A stretch of DNA of 64,000 bases from Macrostomum lignano (GCA_002269645.1 NIVC01003885.1:7799-71798), one strand, 5' to 3'. Counted from the first letter of the stretch, positions 1 through 13,530 are shown. The notes: generated from the sequence alone by a model not told the origin. Numbers and translations: made by a program.

Positions 1-2
1 GC

Positions 3-290
3 TATGGGGGGCCAGATCTTTGTTCCCGAGGAATTGTGAAAACCGATGATACCAATGGCGAATACAACTAAAACTTTATTTGTTGCACGACATGTTTCGC
101 TGAACACGCAGTATCGTCAGGTATACTCAGAAACATCGAAAATTCGCCATCACAGAAGATTCTACCTGTGGTCGCCACTTTTGAGAGTGCAGGTAAAGTC
201 TCTCAATCTCTGGGAGTGACGGAACATAGCTACACCGTGGCAGACTTGAGTTGAGAAATGAAGTGTGGGAGCGGTGTGCGAAGGTTAAAC
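3..290 (+). pseudogene. Degenerate transposase fragment, paralogous to the minus-strand NOF-like fossil at 730-1690
   Basis: Positions ~44-110 align at roughly 80% with the reverse complement of ~773-842 (ccgatgataccaatggcgaatacaactaaaactttatttgttgcacgacatgtttcgctgaac vs ccgatgatatcgatggtgaataaaactaaatatttatttgttgcacggcatggttcgctgaac). The frame contains stops. Confidence 0.3.
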
Positions 291-729
291 ACGGATTAAA
301 GCTACCTCGATCAGTTTTCTCGTATCTTTTAGTTCAGAATAGTCCAAAGAGAAAATTGCTCACTGGTACATAGAGTGGCCACTTTTCAATGTTGCTGAGT
401 AAATTTGTGAGAACCAACACGGACGCAAAATATAAATTTGAGCACAGTGTACAGATTAGCTATGAATGCGCAAACATAATTTACATAGTCGATGGAACTA
501 GAAGATTCTGAGGTGCACACTGCTGCCTCTCCCTGCTAGTTGAACGTTTAAGGAGGGTTTGAAATCTTTGATGTGCGTTGACGACACTCTTTTTCTAATA
601 CGATCTTATAAGTTGGTTTACCGTAAGACAACCTCTTTAAGCAAAGACTTAATTAGTTTATTATGTGTAAAATTCAGTTATATTTCGCCAACTTCAGCTT
701 CAAACCAATTGGCAACTTAGATTGATCGA

Positions 730-1690
730 CCTCTTTATTTAGTAATTACTACATTAATAAATACTGCTAATGCTGTGGGTTCAGCGAACCATGCCGTGCA
801 ACAAATAAATATTTAGTTTTATTCACCATCGATATCATCGGTATCCACAAATATTCGAAATAAGCAGAATGTATCCTCATACGTTCGGGACTTGTCAAAA
901 TAATTAAAATATAATCCAAGATGCGTTTCCAAGTCATACTAGTGAAATTCCAAACAGCTGTGAATCAGCGCCTACGAGAAAGCGGTGACCTGAGCATTGG
1001 CATGAAAGTTGATATTTCATCGAATGAAAGTTGGTATTGAAGCTAAATTGTGCTCATTTGTAATGTAGTTAGCGATGGAGCACGGCTGCTCAGTTTTGGA
1101 TGCTGTGGTCACCACAGTGTATAAATGCATCCGACCATGGTCGCTGGACTTTGTAGGCATTGAACTTGAGATGACCGTCCTGCTGTTGATGACAGAAATT
1201 ACGATCTAAGCAGGGAAGGATCAAACAAGCAATGCTTTCGAGTGATCTCCTGCAAAGACTGGGGATACTCGTCCAAAAGTGCAATCTTTACAATCAACAA
1301 ATTTTTGCCAACAGTCAGTTTTTTCTTACGTGTCTTTCGTGCATCGCTTCATTGAGCAATTGCCGGTAAGCTGCAGTAACTCGACTAAATGACTGTGTAC
1401 CCCCCCCCCCCAGGGATGAACCGGGAGCTGCGAACCCGTCTATTCCTACTCTAATACTGCGAGAGTTCACTGCATAACTCGTTTCCACGCGCGGCACCCG
1501 GTAAGTAAAGAGACTCGCACCTGCAGTTTGTCGAAATCCAACAACGCGCCCGAATGCACCGCTAACTGTTGCGTATATTTTGCTATTCACTTCACTACCG
1601 TCAGTGGGACACAGGGCGCGCGCATAAATAGCAAAGCAAAAAGGGTGAGGGTTAAACCGACAGACAAAGCAAGTACACCCAACCCAACTG
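730..1690 (-). pseudogene. Decayed NOF/FB-like (MULE-related DDE) transposase
   Basis: Minus-strand translation across frameshifts and stops gives LHFWTS..LPCLD, HLYTVVTTASKTEQPCSIANYITNEHNLASIPTFI and VTAFS*ALIHSCLEFH*YDLETHL. These resemble, in order, motifs I recall from NOF-FB 120.7-kDa-like proteins (V.FWT..LYLDATG; LY..V....P.PVAEFIT..H...I..FL; VTDFSWALI...L..FN...L..YL). Motif recall only. Confidence 0.5.
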
Positions 1691-3576
1691 GCTAGCCAAT
1701 CACAAGCTGCCGCGGGAAGGGTGGGGCAACAGAGCTGGCCGCGCACGAGCTGACCGGGCCCTGGGCAGGCCGTAGCCAGACTAGAGCGAGGCCTATAAAG
1801 CCCCCAAACCCCAGTCCGACCGGCCAACCCGATGAGAGAAAAGGCCGGGGAAGCCCTCACTGACGCAGCAAGGCACAAACAGGACCAATGCGCTCTTCTT
1901 CGGCTAAGGGCATCCGTCGAAAAGTTGGATAGACGCTGTTGTCATGGCAAAAAATGTATTCTTCCTTTGACAAGCAGCAGTCCCACTGCTCCAAACTTTG
2001 GAGGACCAGTTTCATAATAAAAGTGTAAATTCTGCTTCATCCAACTACTTTGCAAGACGCTTTTACAGGTCCAAAAAGGACAATTACGTTTTCTGGAAAG
2101 ATGGAGTTCAAATTTGGCGGTAGCCCTTCATTTTTAAGACAAAAGATGACAGTGCTTCGCAGTGACTTACATATAGGGGTTTCATTTAGCAGCGCCTTAA
2201 AATTATATACTTCGACCTATTGGAAGTCTCCGATTGGACTGCATCAACGTCGAATCTCAACATTTGAAACGTCCTTGAACTTCTTGATTGTGTGAGCTAA
2301 TACGAGCGTAGTATCAAATGGAATGCTACATTTGTGGTTCTCTTATACTCGTAAGACAAAAAGGTTCGCAATTGAAATGGTGTTCAATTATCGATCTTTC
2401 GGTGGGCGGCAAGCCTTTTAGCTTATAGCTGTTTATCTGACGAGCTTGCAATGCGAATCAAAGAAAACAAACAATATATGAAGTATTCGATTGGATTTTC
2501 CTTCTCACTGTGCTCGCAAGCACCTACACTTAATCTAATTCAGAGTGAACGAGCTACTCTTGTCATCAACCATTCATGTACTTTAAGCTTTAGCAAGGAC
2601 TAGGGTGCAGCAAAGCGTTCATTGATGTCTTCCATCAATTTTTTTGATATATCAACGATATATTTCATTGATGTAACTACATTATAAGCCAATAAAGATT
2701 CCAATCAAAGGCTTATATACAGCCGAGCCCACCCAATTCGAACCAAAATACACTTTATGTACTTATTTTTAAGTGTTGTAATTAACAAATGTTGTAGCTC
2801 TTAATTTTTTCCCGCATACTCTTTTTCGTCTGTATCATGAGATAATACAAATTACTTAGCACATGTACAGTAATGATGGCAGCTTAATATAGATTGATTA
2901 TATTACAACAGAATTAATTCTACAAGGTTTTTTAAAGACATTGACGGTGACGTTGAGAAACGATTATGATGAGACAATCTATTATACTTTGCTCAATATA
3001 GTACATTTAATTTGTTTACTAGACAACGTCAGAAAGCTGAAAAATGTGCACAATATGTTTAGTTCGTAAAAGTACAAGCGATATTTTTGTCAATAACCGA
3101 AACCAAATAAAACAAAATATATTTCAAAGGCAACTTTTTGAGTACAAAAACGCAGTGTGTACAAAAAGGTACAGTTATTAAATCATACATCTAATCGTTG
3201 TTATTTTGTTAATGTATACGTAAAACAAACGGTAATAATATTAAAACGCTTTTTAGGCTTTATGGTTTTCAACAAAAACTTTTTAGAGAATAAAGTTGTA
3301 TTTCATTTTTCTACTTTTAAACCTCAATTCAATTTAATAATTCAACAAAATCTGCATGTCGGCTCACGAAAACGAGAATGGATATCAAGTCGTCTTTTCA
3401 AATAAAGTCGATCGGTAGCTATGCAAAATTACAAAAACTGCATGATAGATAATCGAAAAATAAAGAAAGAACAAAAGAGCAACAGATACATTTTGAACGA
3501 AACAGAACGACATGGGTTGCAATTATTTTTTACTAAACAGATTACTAAATTAGATGATACAAGTACACTTGGAGCT

Positions 3577-3708
3577 TCATCCGACCGTCTCCTTTGTAGT
3601 CTGCCTGGTTAGGACGGCGGCTCTCTTGCCAGCTGTAACTTTTCGCTGAAGTTGCTGCTCTCCGTCACTCAGTTCTGCTGCTTTATCGTCGTCATCTTCA
3701 AATCGTTC
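3577..3708 (-). CDS. RGS22: Distal terminal exon ([23 protein letters not shown]...KETVG*)
   Basis: aatctttag|GAA; phase 0, ends in TGA. Confidence 0.7.
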   Translation of the reverse strand, partial: ERFEDDDDKAAELSDGEQQLQRKVTAGKRAAVLTRQTTKETVG

Positions 3709-6700
3709 CTAAAGATTTGATCAATCGGTTGTTTTTCATTAATTAAATAGATTGTAGAACTTTCTGTTTTCTTATATTCAGTTTTCTTCGTTTCTTGCTT
3801 AAAAAATGGTGAGCTTCAGGTGCCCTAAAAATTGTCCCTCGATATTGGGAAAATCAGGTAAATTTAACTAAAGTGTAACCGAAATCTAGGTTAGTGTAGC
3901 TTCCCCGTACAACAATATGTCGTTGGCGACCTCTAGCCGACGTTCTCGACGTCTCTCGACGTCCATGACAAATATGTGCTTTTACATTTACATTATCTGA
4001 ACGTCGATGTAAAAGTAAATGTTTGTCATAGATGTCGATAGGCGTCGGCAATGTTGGCCCACTGGCCGACGTCGGATTACTGTAAGGGGTCTGAGTCTTG
4101 AACTGTCCGACCAAAGGCTGATAATGAGCAAAATTGCTGTAAACATACAGACAAAAAGTCCTATTTTTGTTTAATTTAATTTGGAAAATATAAATTTTTT
4201 TATCCATTAGTATCACACGTAAGTTAGTGAAGGAATAAACAAGTTAGAGATCGTGACGCAAAAAGCAGAAATGACTGTATGAATTTTGAATCAAAACGTT
4301 TCACAATTACATAAAACATCACATAACAACACTTCAATGTACTGAATTAAGTGAATCAAAGCCTTTCAATTCTGTAATAATTCACTTAATAATTATTTAT
4401 TGGAAGATTCGTTAGCTCAGTCAAAAAATAAATTAGGTATATTATTACACGATTACATAGAGTTTCTCAATCACTCAATTCGTTTATAAAAGCTCACTTA
4501 AATAAAGCGCGCGTAAAAATCGCTCTTTTCGTCGTTTACATATGATGGTTGCCAAAAGTAGTGAAATTTTCCTACTTCTGTTTAATTCTTATCGTAAGCG
4601 TTCTACCGTTGCATCCTTAGATGCATTCACAGCGACTACTGCCGTAGAACGCTGCACTCGATTTTCTTAGAAATGACCCGAACAGCAATGCGACATTGTC
4701 GACTTCGGCAGACGTTCCCGATGTCTTTGAAATATCTACTTTTTATTTCATCGATGGATAACAAAGTCATGAGTATGGAACGTCGGCCGACGTCGGATTG
4801 CTGCTGGGGTGAGCTGGAGAGCGGTAGGTAGTCGTACATTATGTGTGTCGTATTGCTAGTGTATTTTAGGATGCTTAGAATTTCTTTTTCGCCAAAGAAA
4901 ATCTCATTCCTGAAAGCATGCTATTCTAGAAATGCACCAGCGAAACAACAAATGCACATTCGTTACCGGCCTTCGACACATATCTTACAAAATCGAGTGG
5001 TAGAGTCCTTCGACTTCTGAGATTTTAATGAACTGCAGTTTTCGATCGGCCATATCCAGATTATAGGAAGTTCATCATGATTCGAACTTTTTCCAAAAAT
5101 CCTATTTATGGCGAAATTTTGAATCTTCTATGCAGCCGATCGATTCGACATGATTTTCCGATTTTTCGACATGCATCGCTCGACATGTATAAGTTAAAAT
5201 GGTTACTTAAGAAATCGACAACAATTTATCACACTTCAAATTTGTTACAGCTAAAGCCTAATAAAAATCGTTTAAAGTCAGATCGATTTAAAAGAAGAAT
5301 TCGCGTCTTCTTTCTGTGAGAAAGGAAATGCGCGCTCTATTTATTAGCTTCATGCTAAAAAAGTTTTTCGAGTGCCACAAACCTTCTCGGTCTCTTATCG
5401 TCGTCGTCCTGCATGTATTTTAAGACATTATTGGCACAAATATTACTAGTAGCTAGTTTTGGAGATCATTTTTTGATAGACAACATCGAGTTACGTATAA
5501 AAGCGCACACATTATATAACACCATTCGATTAAAAATGATGACTTACACTTCTAACAAATTAAAAAGAGTGTCTCTAAGAGTTATATAAACATTTGTCGA
5601 ATATTCAAATCGGTACGAGACAACGAGCTTAAAAACTTAATCTACAATTCTCAGAACTAATGTTTTAGCTATACTGAAAGGACCAGCTCTGCAACAGTAG
5701 TCTCTATGCATAAAACAACAGCTTAGAAGCACATCATTAAATACAACACTACTCAAAACCATTACAATAATCAAATCTCCCATCACCAGATTTTTATCGC
5801 GTTAGCTTATGCAACAGGGTTTTCACTAAAAACAGATTAAGCAGCATTCTACTAGTAACTACTTTTCACGTACGGAATGTACTAAGAATATTTTGCCACA
5901 TAAATTATGGAGCTCAGTGGATTATTGAAGTTTAGGCTGCGTTTTAGCGCGGACTTCAGTAGCAGCTTCAGCGCCTGCCTCTCGGGCAGCAAATTCCTAG
6001 GAATAAAAATTAACAAACGAGCGAACAATTGCAACGAACATACTCAAATTGCTGCGGATTTTTGTTACACTATGTCAGAAGTTGCACCGATTTGAAAATA
6101 TAACGAAATGATAGCGAGAGCATTTAATAGAGCAAAGGGTGAACTGAAATAGATCTGATCTGGGGGTTTAAATGCTTGAAGGTCAAAGGATTTAAACAAA
6201 AGAAGGCCTTGCAATCGCTAGCGAACGCAAAGATTTTAAGGATGTTTATTCAAGTCTAAATAAAAATCAATAAAAGTATGAAAACTTATTCTACAATGTT
6301 TCGTCAAATTTTCGGTGGAAGCCAGATATAAATTGCTTACCTCATTCTATGGGATAATTAAATAAAAAGTTGCTGTTAAAACAAACTGATGGTAGAAAGT
6401 GTACTTCGAAGAAAAATCGGATACATAAATCGTTAAGAACTGGCTTAAGGCTTTAGTTACTGGTAAAAGTTACAGCTGTATATAATAGGGATGACACTAT
6501 TCATATTCTAGTAAATCTTCTTGTTTTTAGTACTACTTAGTGCAAATATTACTTGCTGAATATTATTCAACTTTGATTTTAGGGTTTGTATACAATAATT
6601 AACACGGAATATGCATAAATTACATTATTTTTCACCAAAACATATAATAATTTAGTATAATAAATGTGGAGGTTTTAACACTGCACACACTATGAGCTTC

Positions 6701-9700
6701 GGATCTTTTCTAACTCAAAACTCTAAAATGTACTAATTTAACTTACTCTCCGTAACATACAGTACATCGATCTAATCACTTTTGTCTAGAGAACTTTGCA
6801 AAGTCTGTATTGCGTGCTTTCGAGATCACGACGTTTTCTGAAAAAAAGTCGTCGTTACAAGGTTGTCAGCAACCAAGTTTTGGAAAGATATGAGATGGAA
6901 CCTTTGCATTTTATAGCTGCTTCAAGATCGGCTTGATCACCAAATGCACATTTAATTGTTCATTGTACATTTACATGTCGAACAAAGGTTGATGCACTGT
7001 GTTTCAGATCGACTCTATGCTCGTAGGACGAATCAAACTTATTATTGCTCGTACATGTGTAGTATATATTGAAACTATAGTAGTAGGAGTGCTTAATACA
7101 AAATACGCATACAGAAATCGTAGTGCGAAAAGTTCAGAAATTTAATAATTTAGAGGTATATTCAATTACATGCAGGTACATGTAGAAGGTTTTGAAGTAA
7201 ATTCATCGGTCACATGGAAAAATATCTACAGAAACTGCAAAATTACCAAGCACAATTTATCCAAAAACTCTACATGTATCACTGAAAGCACGTTATGAAA
7301 AAAGTACAATCGAAAAAATCGATTTCTGTTTCACCTTTTCAGCACTCTGAAAAATATAGGATGAAATCGAACGATGGTTTTTTATCCCAATAAAAACTAG
7401 TTTGATTTTGTGATTTCAACAAGTTTAAACGCGCAATGAAGTAACAAAGACTTAATTTGTTTGAATTGACTCGTTTCCAAAAAAATCACTTATTTTAGCG
7501 GCTAATTATAACATAATAATTACGTAAGCAATAAAATTTATCTCAAATTAACGTCAAAAGGTGTCACTCACCTTCCACTTGATTCCGTCCATGAGGCTCA
7601 TCGTTAGAGAAGAGATCGGGCCTCCGCTGTGCGCAGGCAGCTCAGGCAGCTTAAAGTTCACATTCGGCTTGTCCGATTTCTCAAATTTCTGCAGCCGCTC
7701 TTCGAGCATTCGCTTCTGTTGCGACACTGGAAAAGTATCGGAGATCGAAGTTTGCGTTTACAATTTCTTATAGTTATTGATTCACATGTATCAATAGTTT
7801 GTGTCGTATTAAAATAGCTGCAACGTGCAATAAAGTGCACATTTACACTGTCGTGATGCCAGTAATTATTGGTTCATTTTTCCGTGCGACATTCGGACGT
7901 TCGCCAACGTATCCGACATACCCGGCATCGATGGAAGATGTCGCTGGCAAATTGGTTATCTTTAGATTACGGATAACGACGTCTTCATCGGTGTATAATA
8001 CCCATTTGCTAGCGACATCAATTAGACGTCGAGAACATCGGCCAACGTCAACGAATTTCGTGAGGAATTGCATGCTATTAAGCAATAATCAATCACTGTA
8101 GTAAATCAATTAATATAGAATGTGAGAAATTTCGAGCCGGATTTTTTTACGCTTAAACACGTAATCATAAGAAATTGATGCAATTGCAGGCATGGTATCA
8201 ACCAGTTAAAAAATTGGTGAACAGATTGTTTCGATTTAAAAATCTCATAACTGATCGATTCCAGGTGAAAATAATATATGTACTATATAGTCTGCTTCAA
8301 GTGAATATAAATTGCCGGAGAAAATATCTTACAGCAGATACTCCACAGACTCTTAAATGGAACTGAAATGATTTGAGGTCAACGAGGCATTGATTCTTTT
8401 TTTCCAAGAAATATTTCTCTATTTTTTTTAAATTTGAAATTTAATTTACACAAATATTCATCTGGAAAACTCAATGTGACAAAATCTGTTCTTTATGCCT
8501 ACCTGCTTCATATGGATCAGTGACCAAAGAGGAGTGACCGTACGAGGGTTTTCACGGGTCCCAAAAGGGATCATCAGGTATCAGAAGGTGATATCAGTAG
8601 TTAATAAGGTGTTAGGGCCTACAATTGGGTTTTATTGGTCAGAAAAGAAGTATTTGTTTGAGCCCGAAGGTTAGCTCGCATAGGTCCGTCATTCATCGAT
8701 CGGCATAATGTAAATATACGCATCGAAATCTTGTACGTGTGTCGAATGTCGAAATGCTGCAGGTGAGGGCCCCCATTAGGGTTCCTATATTCAGAAAGGG
8801 ATGCCAAAAGACCGGAAAACAAGTGACAGTAAAACGACTCCGGACAGATGCACGCGCCCAATGACTCACCAGGTCTGTACTCCTTGCCAGTAGGGGTCCA
8901 CTGTTTCATAAATCCGGCCCAGTAGGGCAGCATTTCCTTGAACACGGCGAATTGAGCCTCGTCAAAGATTGTCGGACTAATCTCCTCTTTGAATTTTGGG
9001 CTGTAGAATTTCTGCGCATTGCGCAGGGTCCGCTGATGAACATCGTTGCTGACTGTGATCTGCATTGCGGCGAATGCGGTTGGATTGATGTCGGGAAATT
9101 GAGGTGTAAAAAACAGTTTTATAGTACTGATATACTGGTACACTTTACACTTTACTGGTACACTTCACTTTACTGATACTGGTATACTTCTAAAAACCCT
9201 TGACAGCATACATGTTTATTGTTGTTGTTTTTGTTCTTGTTGCTCTTGTTGTTGCTGTTGTTAATGTTGTTTTTTTGTGGATAAATAAGAATAATATTTG
9301 ATTACAACTGCCCTGATTGGGCCAGATGTGCAACCGACAGCTCAGCAGCAGCTACCAAGGACTGGGGGGTCGCCACACACACCCTCAATTACCCCAGCTA
9401 ATATGCTGGCACCCATTTTACAGCCGGGTGAACTGAAGCAATGCAGAGTTAAGTGTCTTGCTCAAGGACACAAATTGTTCCAGTGGGATCGGGAATCGAA
9501 CCCCCCACCTTCAAGTCGTGAGTCCGACGCTCTAACCGCTAGGCTACAACCCCTACTTGTGGTGGATAAAACATGGCGGATAAAACTGCGAAGTGAATCG
9601 ACGATATTTGACACGTTAACTCGACAAACTTATAAGTCAACCTTAAACAAAAGTGCCTTCTGTCACCACAAAAGTTCAACAATGCCTCACCTGCAGTGGT

Positions 9701-12700
9701 GGAGGAAACACGGACTCCAGGAAGATGCTGCTGATGACGTGAATTTTGCGCTTAAGAAACTCTTCGTCGCAGCCGCCCAGGGCAAACTCCTGTGTAGAGC
9801 GGTTTGTAATAAATTTTCAAACTGATTCAAACTGATTTTACAGACTCACCCTGTGTGAGCGCGTGCCCGCGTACGTACGTACTCCATGTGAGTACCCAGT
9901 GGTCAAAAGAATTAGCATTACGTCAGGGATTACCCTAGAGTCTACCTGCAAACTGACTAATTAACAAATGCTTAACAGCTTTCTTACCTTGTACTTTTGC
10001 GCTTCTACGTAGAAGAAGAGGTTCTTGTCCAGGTGCGGCACCTTGTCTTGCACGGCATACTGCATCAGGTACCGATAAAAGTACAGCATTTGCAGCGACA
10101 ATGGACCGCTGAGATTTTTCTCCAGAGCGACCAGAAATTCCACCTTGTCCTCCTTTGTTGGCGGGGCTTTTCCTGTTGCCTAGCAACGTTGTTTAAATGA
10201 GTACGAGTTGTTCGTTATAATGTTTACGATGTTTTCGAGAGAAAGAAAACTTCTAGGAAAAGTTGTTTCCTACAGCAGAGTGCATTTCGTTTTTAACAAT
10301 TGACAGAAAGTACAACTTTCACGTCGAATGATTTGCTTGTTTAAACAAAATATTTTGTGCAAAGTCTCAAGCAGTTTTAGACAAACAAGGGTATAATAGA
10401 TTGAAATGCTTAGTGAGACAGTATATAATGATAAGTGAATAAATAAAATAGTACTTTCTCACAGAGAAGTTCTCACTCAGAGAAAACAAGGAATCAAGAT
10501 CAGAGTTCGTTTGTTATGCAATTTATACCTTTGTGTACTTTTTCGAAGCTTTCACTCCTTTAGCCGTAGTGTCTCGCTGTGATTAAAAAAATATGAAAAT
10601 GAAATGGTTGAATTACTAACTGTATTCTATTTAGCACCGTAAAGTGATTTTAAATTGCACGCAGATAGAGATTTAAAAAACTGCTGTAAATTCAAAATCG
10701 GTGTCGAAAAAATTAATTTTTTTATGTCTACTAACAGTAGGCTATGACGTGATTCAGAGTAAGCGAGAGTGAATCTGTGTGAATAAAACTTTTGATGAAA
10801 CAAGCTATCTAAACGCAGACTTATGAAATTTTAAAATAGAAATTCTTGAGTGCTTGGAAAAAACCTACTTATAGATCGATAGTTCAATAATGATGATTCA
10901 TTTTCTAATTTTAAATCATGCAGTTCAAACGCGCACACAAGAAAAGAACAGAATGAAACTTTTTTGGGTAAAAATGGCAAACTCGCGGTTTGATTGCGCT
11001 ACAAAGGTGCATGGCCGCCACACCTTTGAGTAGGCAAGTATTGAACTTGCGTTTGAAGCATCCAGCATGTTGCTGCTACTGTTGCTGGCGTTGTTAGTCT
11101 CCTGAATTAGAAATATCGATTGCAACAAAGTTTGGAACAATTGGAGATGTAATCATAATCTGCATTGGACTCTTTCAGAATGTACAACACAAAATAAGCA
11201 AGTTCTACTTAACTTAATTTGCCTAATAGTCAGTTCCGAAAATGAAATAAATTACACGACATTAAGCTAAAATACTGTCTGGAGAGTCGAACTACTCTAC
11301 TGAGAACAGTAGTGCAACGCAGAGTATATCCTTATTAATGTCTTCGTTATGTTACTTTTTTCTGACGAACTCGCGATAAACGTTTTCGATGTTTCCTTTT
11401 CGATGCCGCTGCATCGCTGATGGCGGCAATGCCGCGACCCATACGAACGGTGCTCTTGGGATCGGGATTTGTGATTGAACGAAAATTTTACGGTGCATTG
11501 TACAAGACAAAGTGCTGTAGGGTTCAGTGGGCTTGGGTGTGCAGTAGTGCAAATAAGAATGGAAGGACGAGTAAATAAAGCTTTTGGATATAGAGGGCTC
11601 ACTTTGGTAGTAATCTGTACGAGTCTTCGTATTCCATAGAACCAAAAGTAACGAGGGATATTATATGTAGCCTACATAAGCTTAATATAGGTTTCAAAAG
11701 TATCAATAGTATTCTTAAAAGCAATAGGTGGGTTTGGACGTGAGGGAAGCGCTAGCCAATCAGTGAAGGACAGGGCTAGTAGGCTGGGAAAGAGGGGTTT
11801 GGGGTTGAAGGACTCGCTAGCCAATCAGCGAAGGACAGGGCTAGTGGGCTGGGAAAGAGGGTTTGGGGTTGAGGGACTCTCTAGCCAGGGGGTTTGAGGT
11901 TGGGGTTGAGGGGTTGGGGTTGAGGGGTTGGGGTTGAGGGGTTGGGGTTGAGGGGTTGGGGTTGAGGGGTTGGGGTTGAGGGGTTGGGGTTGAGGGGTTG
12001 GGGTTGAGGGTTGGGGTTGAAGGGTTGGGGTTGAGGGGTTGGGGTTGAGGGGTTGGGGTTGAGGGGTTGGGGTTGAGGGGTTGGGGTTGAGGGGTTGGGG
12101 TTGAGGGGTTGGGGTTGAGGGGTTGGGGTTGAGGGGTTGGGGTTGAGGGGTTGGGGTTGAGGGGTTGGGGTTGAGGGTTGGGGTTGAGGGGTTGGGGTTG
12201 AGGGGTTGGGGTTGAAGGGTTTGGGGATGAGGGACTCGCTAGCTAATCAGCTAATAATAAGGCAAGCTGCTTTTTCGCAACATTTTCGTCGTGGATGTAG
12301 TTTTTTTAATCTAATACTGCTTCAAACAACCAACTACCAAAGTGGCCCTCGTTATCGGAAGAGATTTTGACCGTAAAATATTTACTGACGAAGAGATTGC
12401 AGTGTAATTACGATAAGGAAAGATTTGTGCTGTTGATATTTGATCTTACACCATGTACCAATAATTAAATTCAAGCTATTTCAGTTTTTGCTAATTGTTA
12501 TCTTGCTCGGAAATACTGGCATTTATTTGTGCAAGTTGTAACAGGTCAACAAAGTGAAGAATTTCTGAAGACTAATAAAGGCTACTTGTCGGTCAAATAC
12601 CTGGACGAAATCGCGCAGCAAGTTGGATATCGGGTGCTTAATGTACTTTGACAAATCGGTCAAGTCATAAGCCCGACGCCTGACACCGCCTCCCCGCCTC

Positions 12701-13122
12701 CGCGGGGCAGAACGGCGGCGAGATCAAAGGCCGCAATAAAATCATCATCGTTTGAGTTTTTGTCGCGTCGGCCCCTGCGGCGGGAGGCACGACTGGCGCC
12801 TTGGGAGTCAGACTGGGTCAGAGCGGCGATGCAATTAGGGTGAGGTACGAGTTTTATTACACTTAATAAGCTAATCAATTATTAAGATTTTTCTGCTAAT
12901 CGCTAATCTCAGGGCAAATAAAACTTGGATAATTGCGTAGCCAAAGCGTAAATAAAAATGTTTTCAAAATTTTGGTTATAATGCTTTAATATTCTATTGC
13001 AATTAGTAGCAAGCAAAGCGGCAAGCAGATATGTAAATTACTACGCTTAAATACATGCAAGGTTTGAACTAGTGGATAGTTTTATATTAGCCCTCAGTTT
13101 ATAATCTTTGTGTCTGTCTTAG

Positions 13123-13181
<59 letters not shown>

Positions 13182-13186
13182 GTCTA

Positions 13187-13279
<93 letters not shown>

Positions 13280-13330
13280 GTCTATCTGTCTGTCTGTCTG
13301 TCTGTGTCTATCTGTCTGTCTGTCTGTCTG

Positions 13331-13361
<31 letters not shown>

Positions 13362-13378
13362 GTCTGTCTGTCTGTCTG

Positions 13379-13411
<33 letters not shown>

Positions 13412-13420
13412 GTCTGTCTG

Positions 13421-13457
<37 letters not shown>

Positions 13458-13530
13458 TAGTGTCTGTCTGTGTCTGTCTGTCTGTCTTAGTGTCTGTCTG
13501 TGTCTGTCTGTCTGTCTTAGTGTCTCTCTG

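Noticed and set aside
9480-9554. tRNA gene
   Set aside because: The tRNA-like head continues into a CORE domain and simple-repeat tail, so it is a SINE; no clean cloverleaf
9298-9825. 175-aa plus-strand ORF
   Set aside because: Antisense to the SINE and to RGS22-like exon 16
11888-12225. True telomere or chromosome fusion point
   Set aside because: The unit is not TTAGGG, there is no head-to-head inversion, and the array is embedded in copies of a longer repeat within an intron
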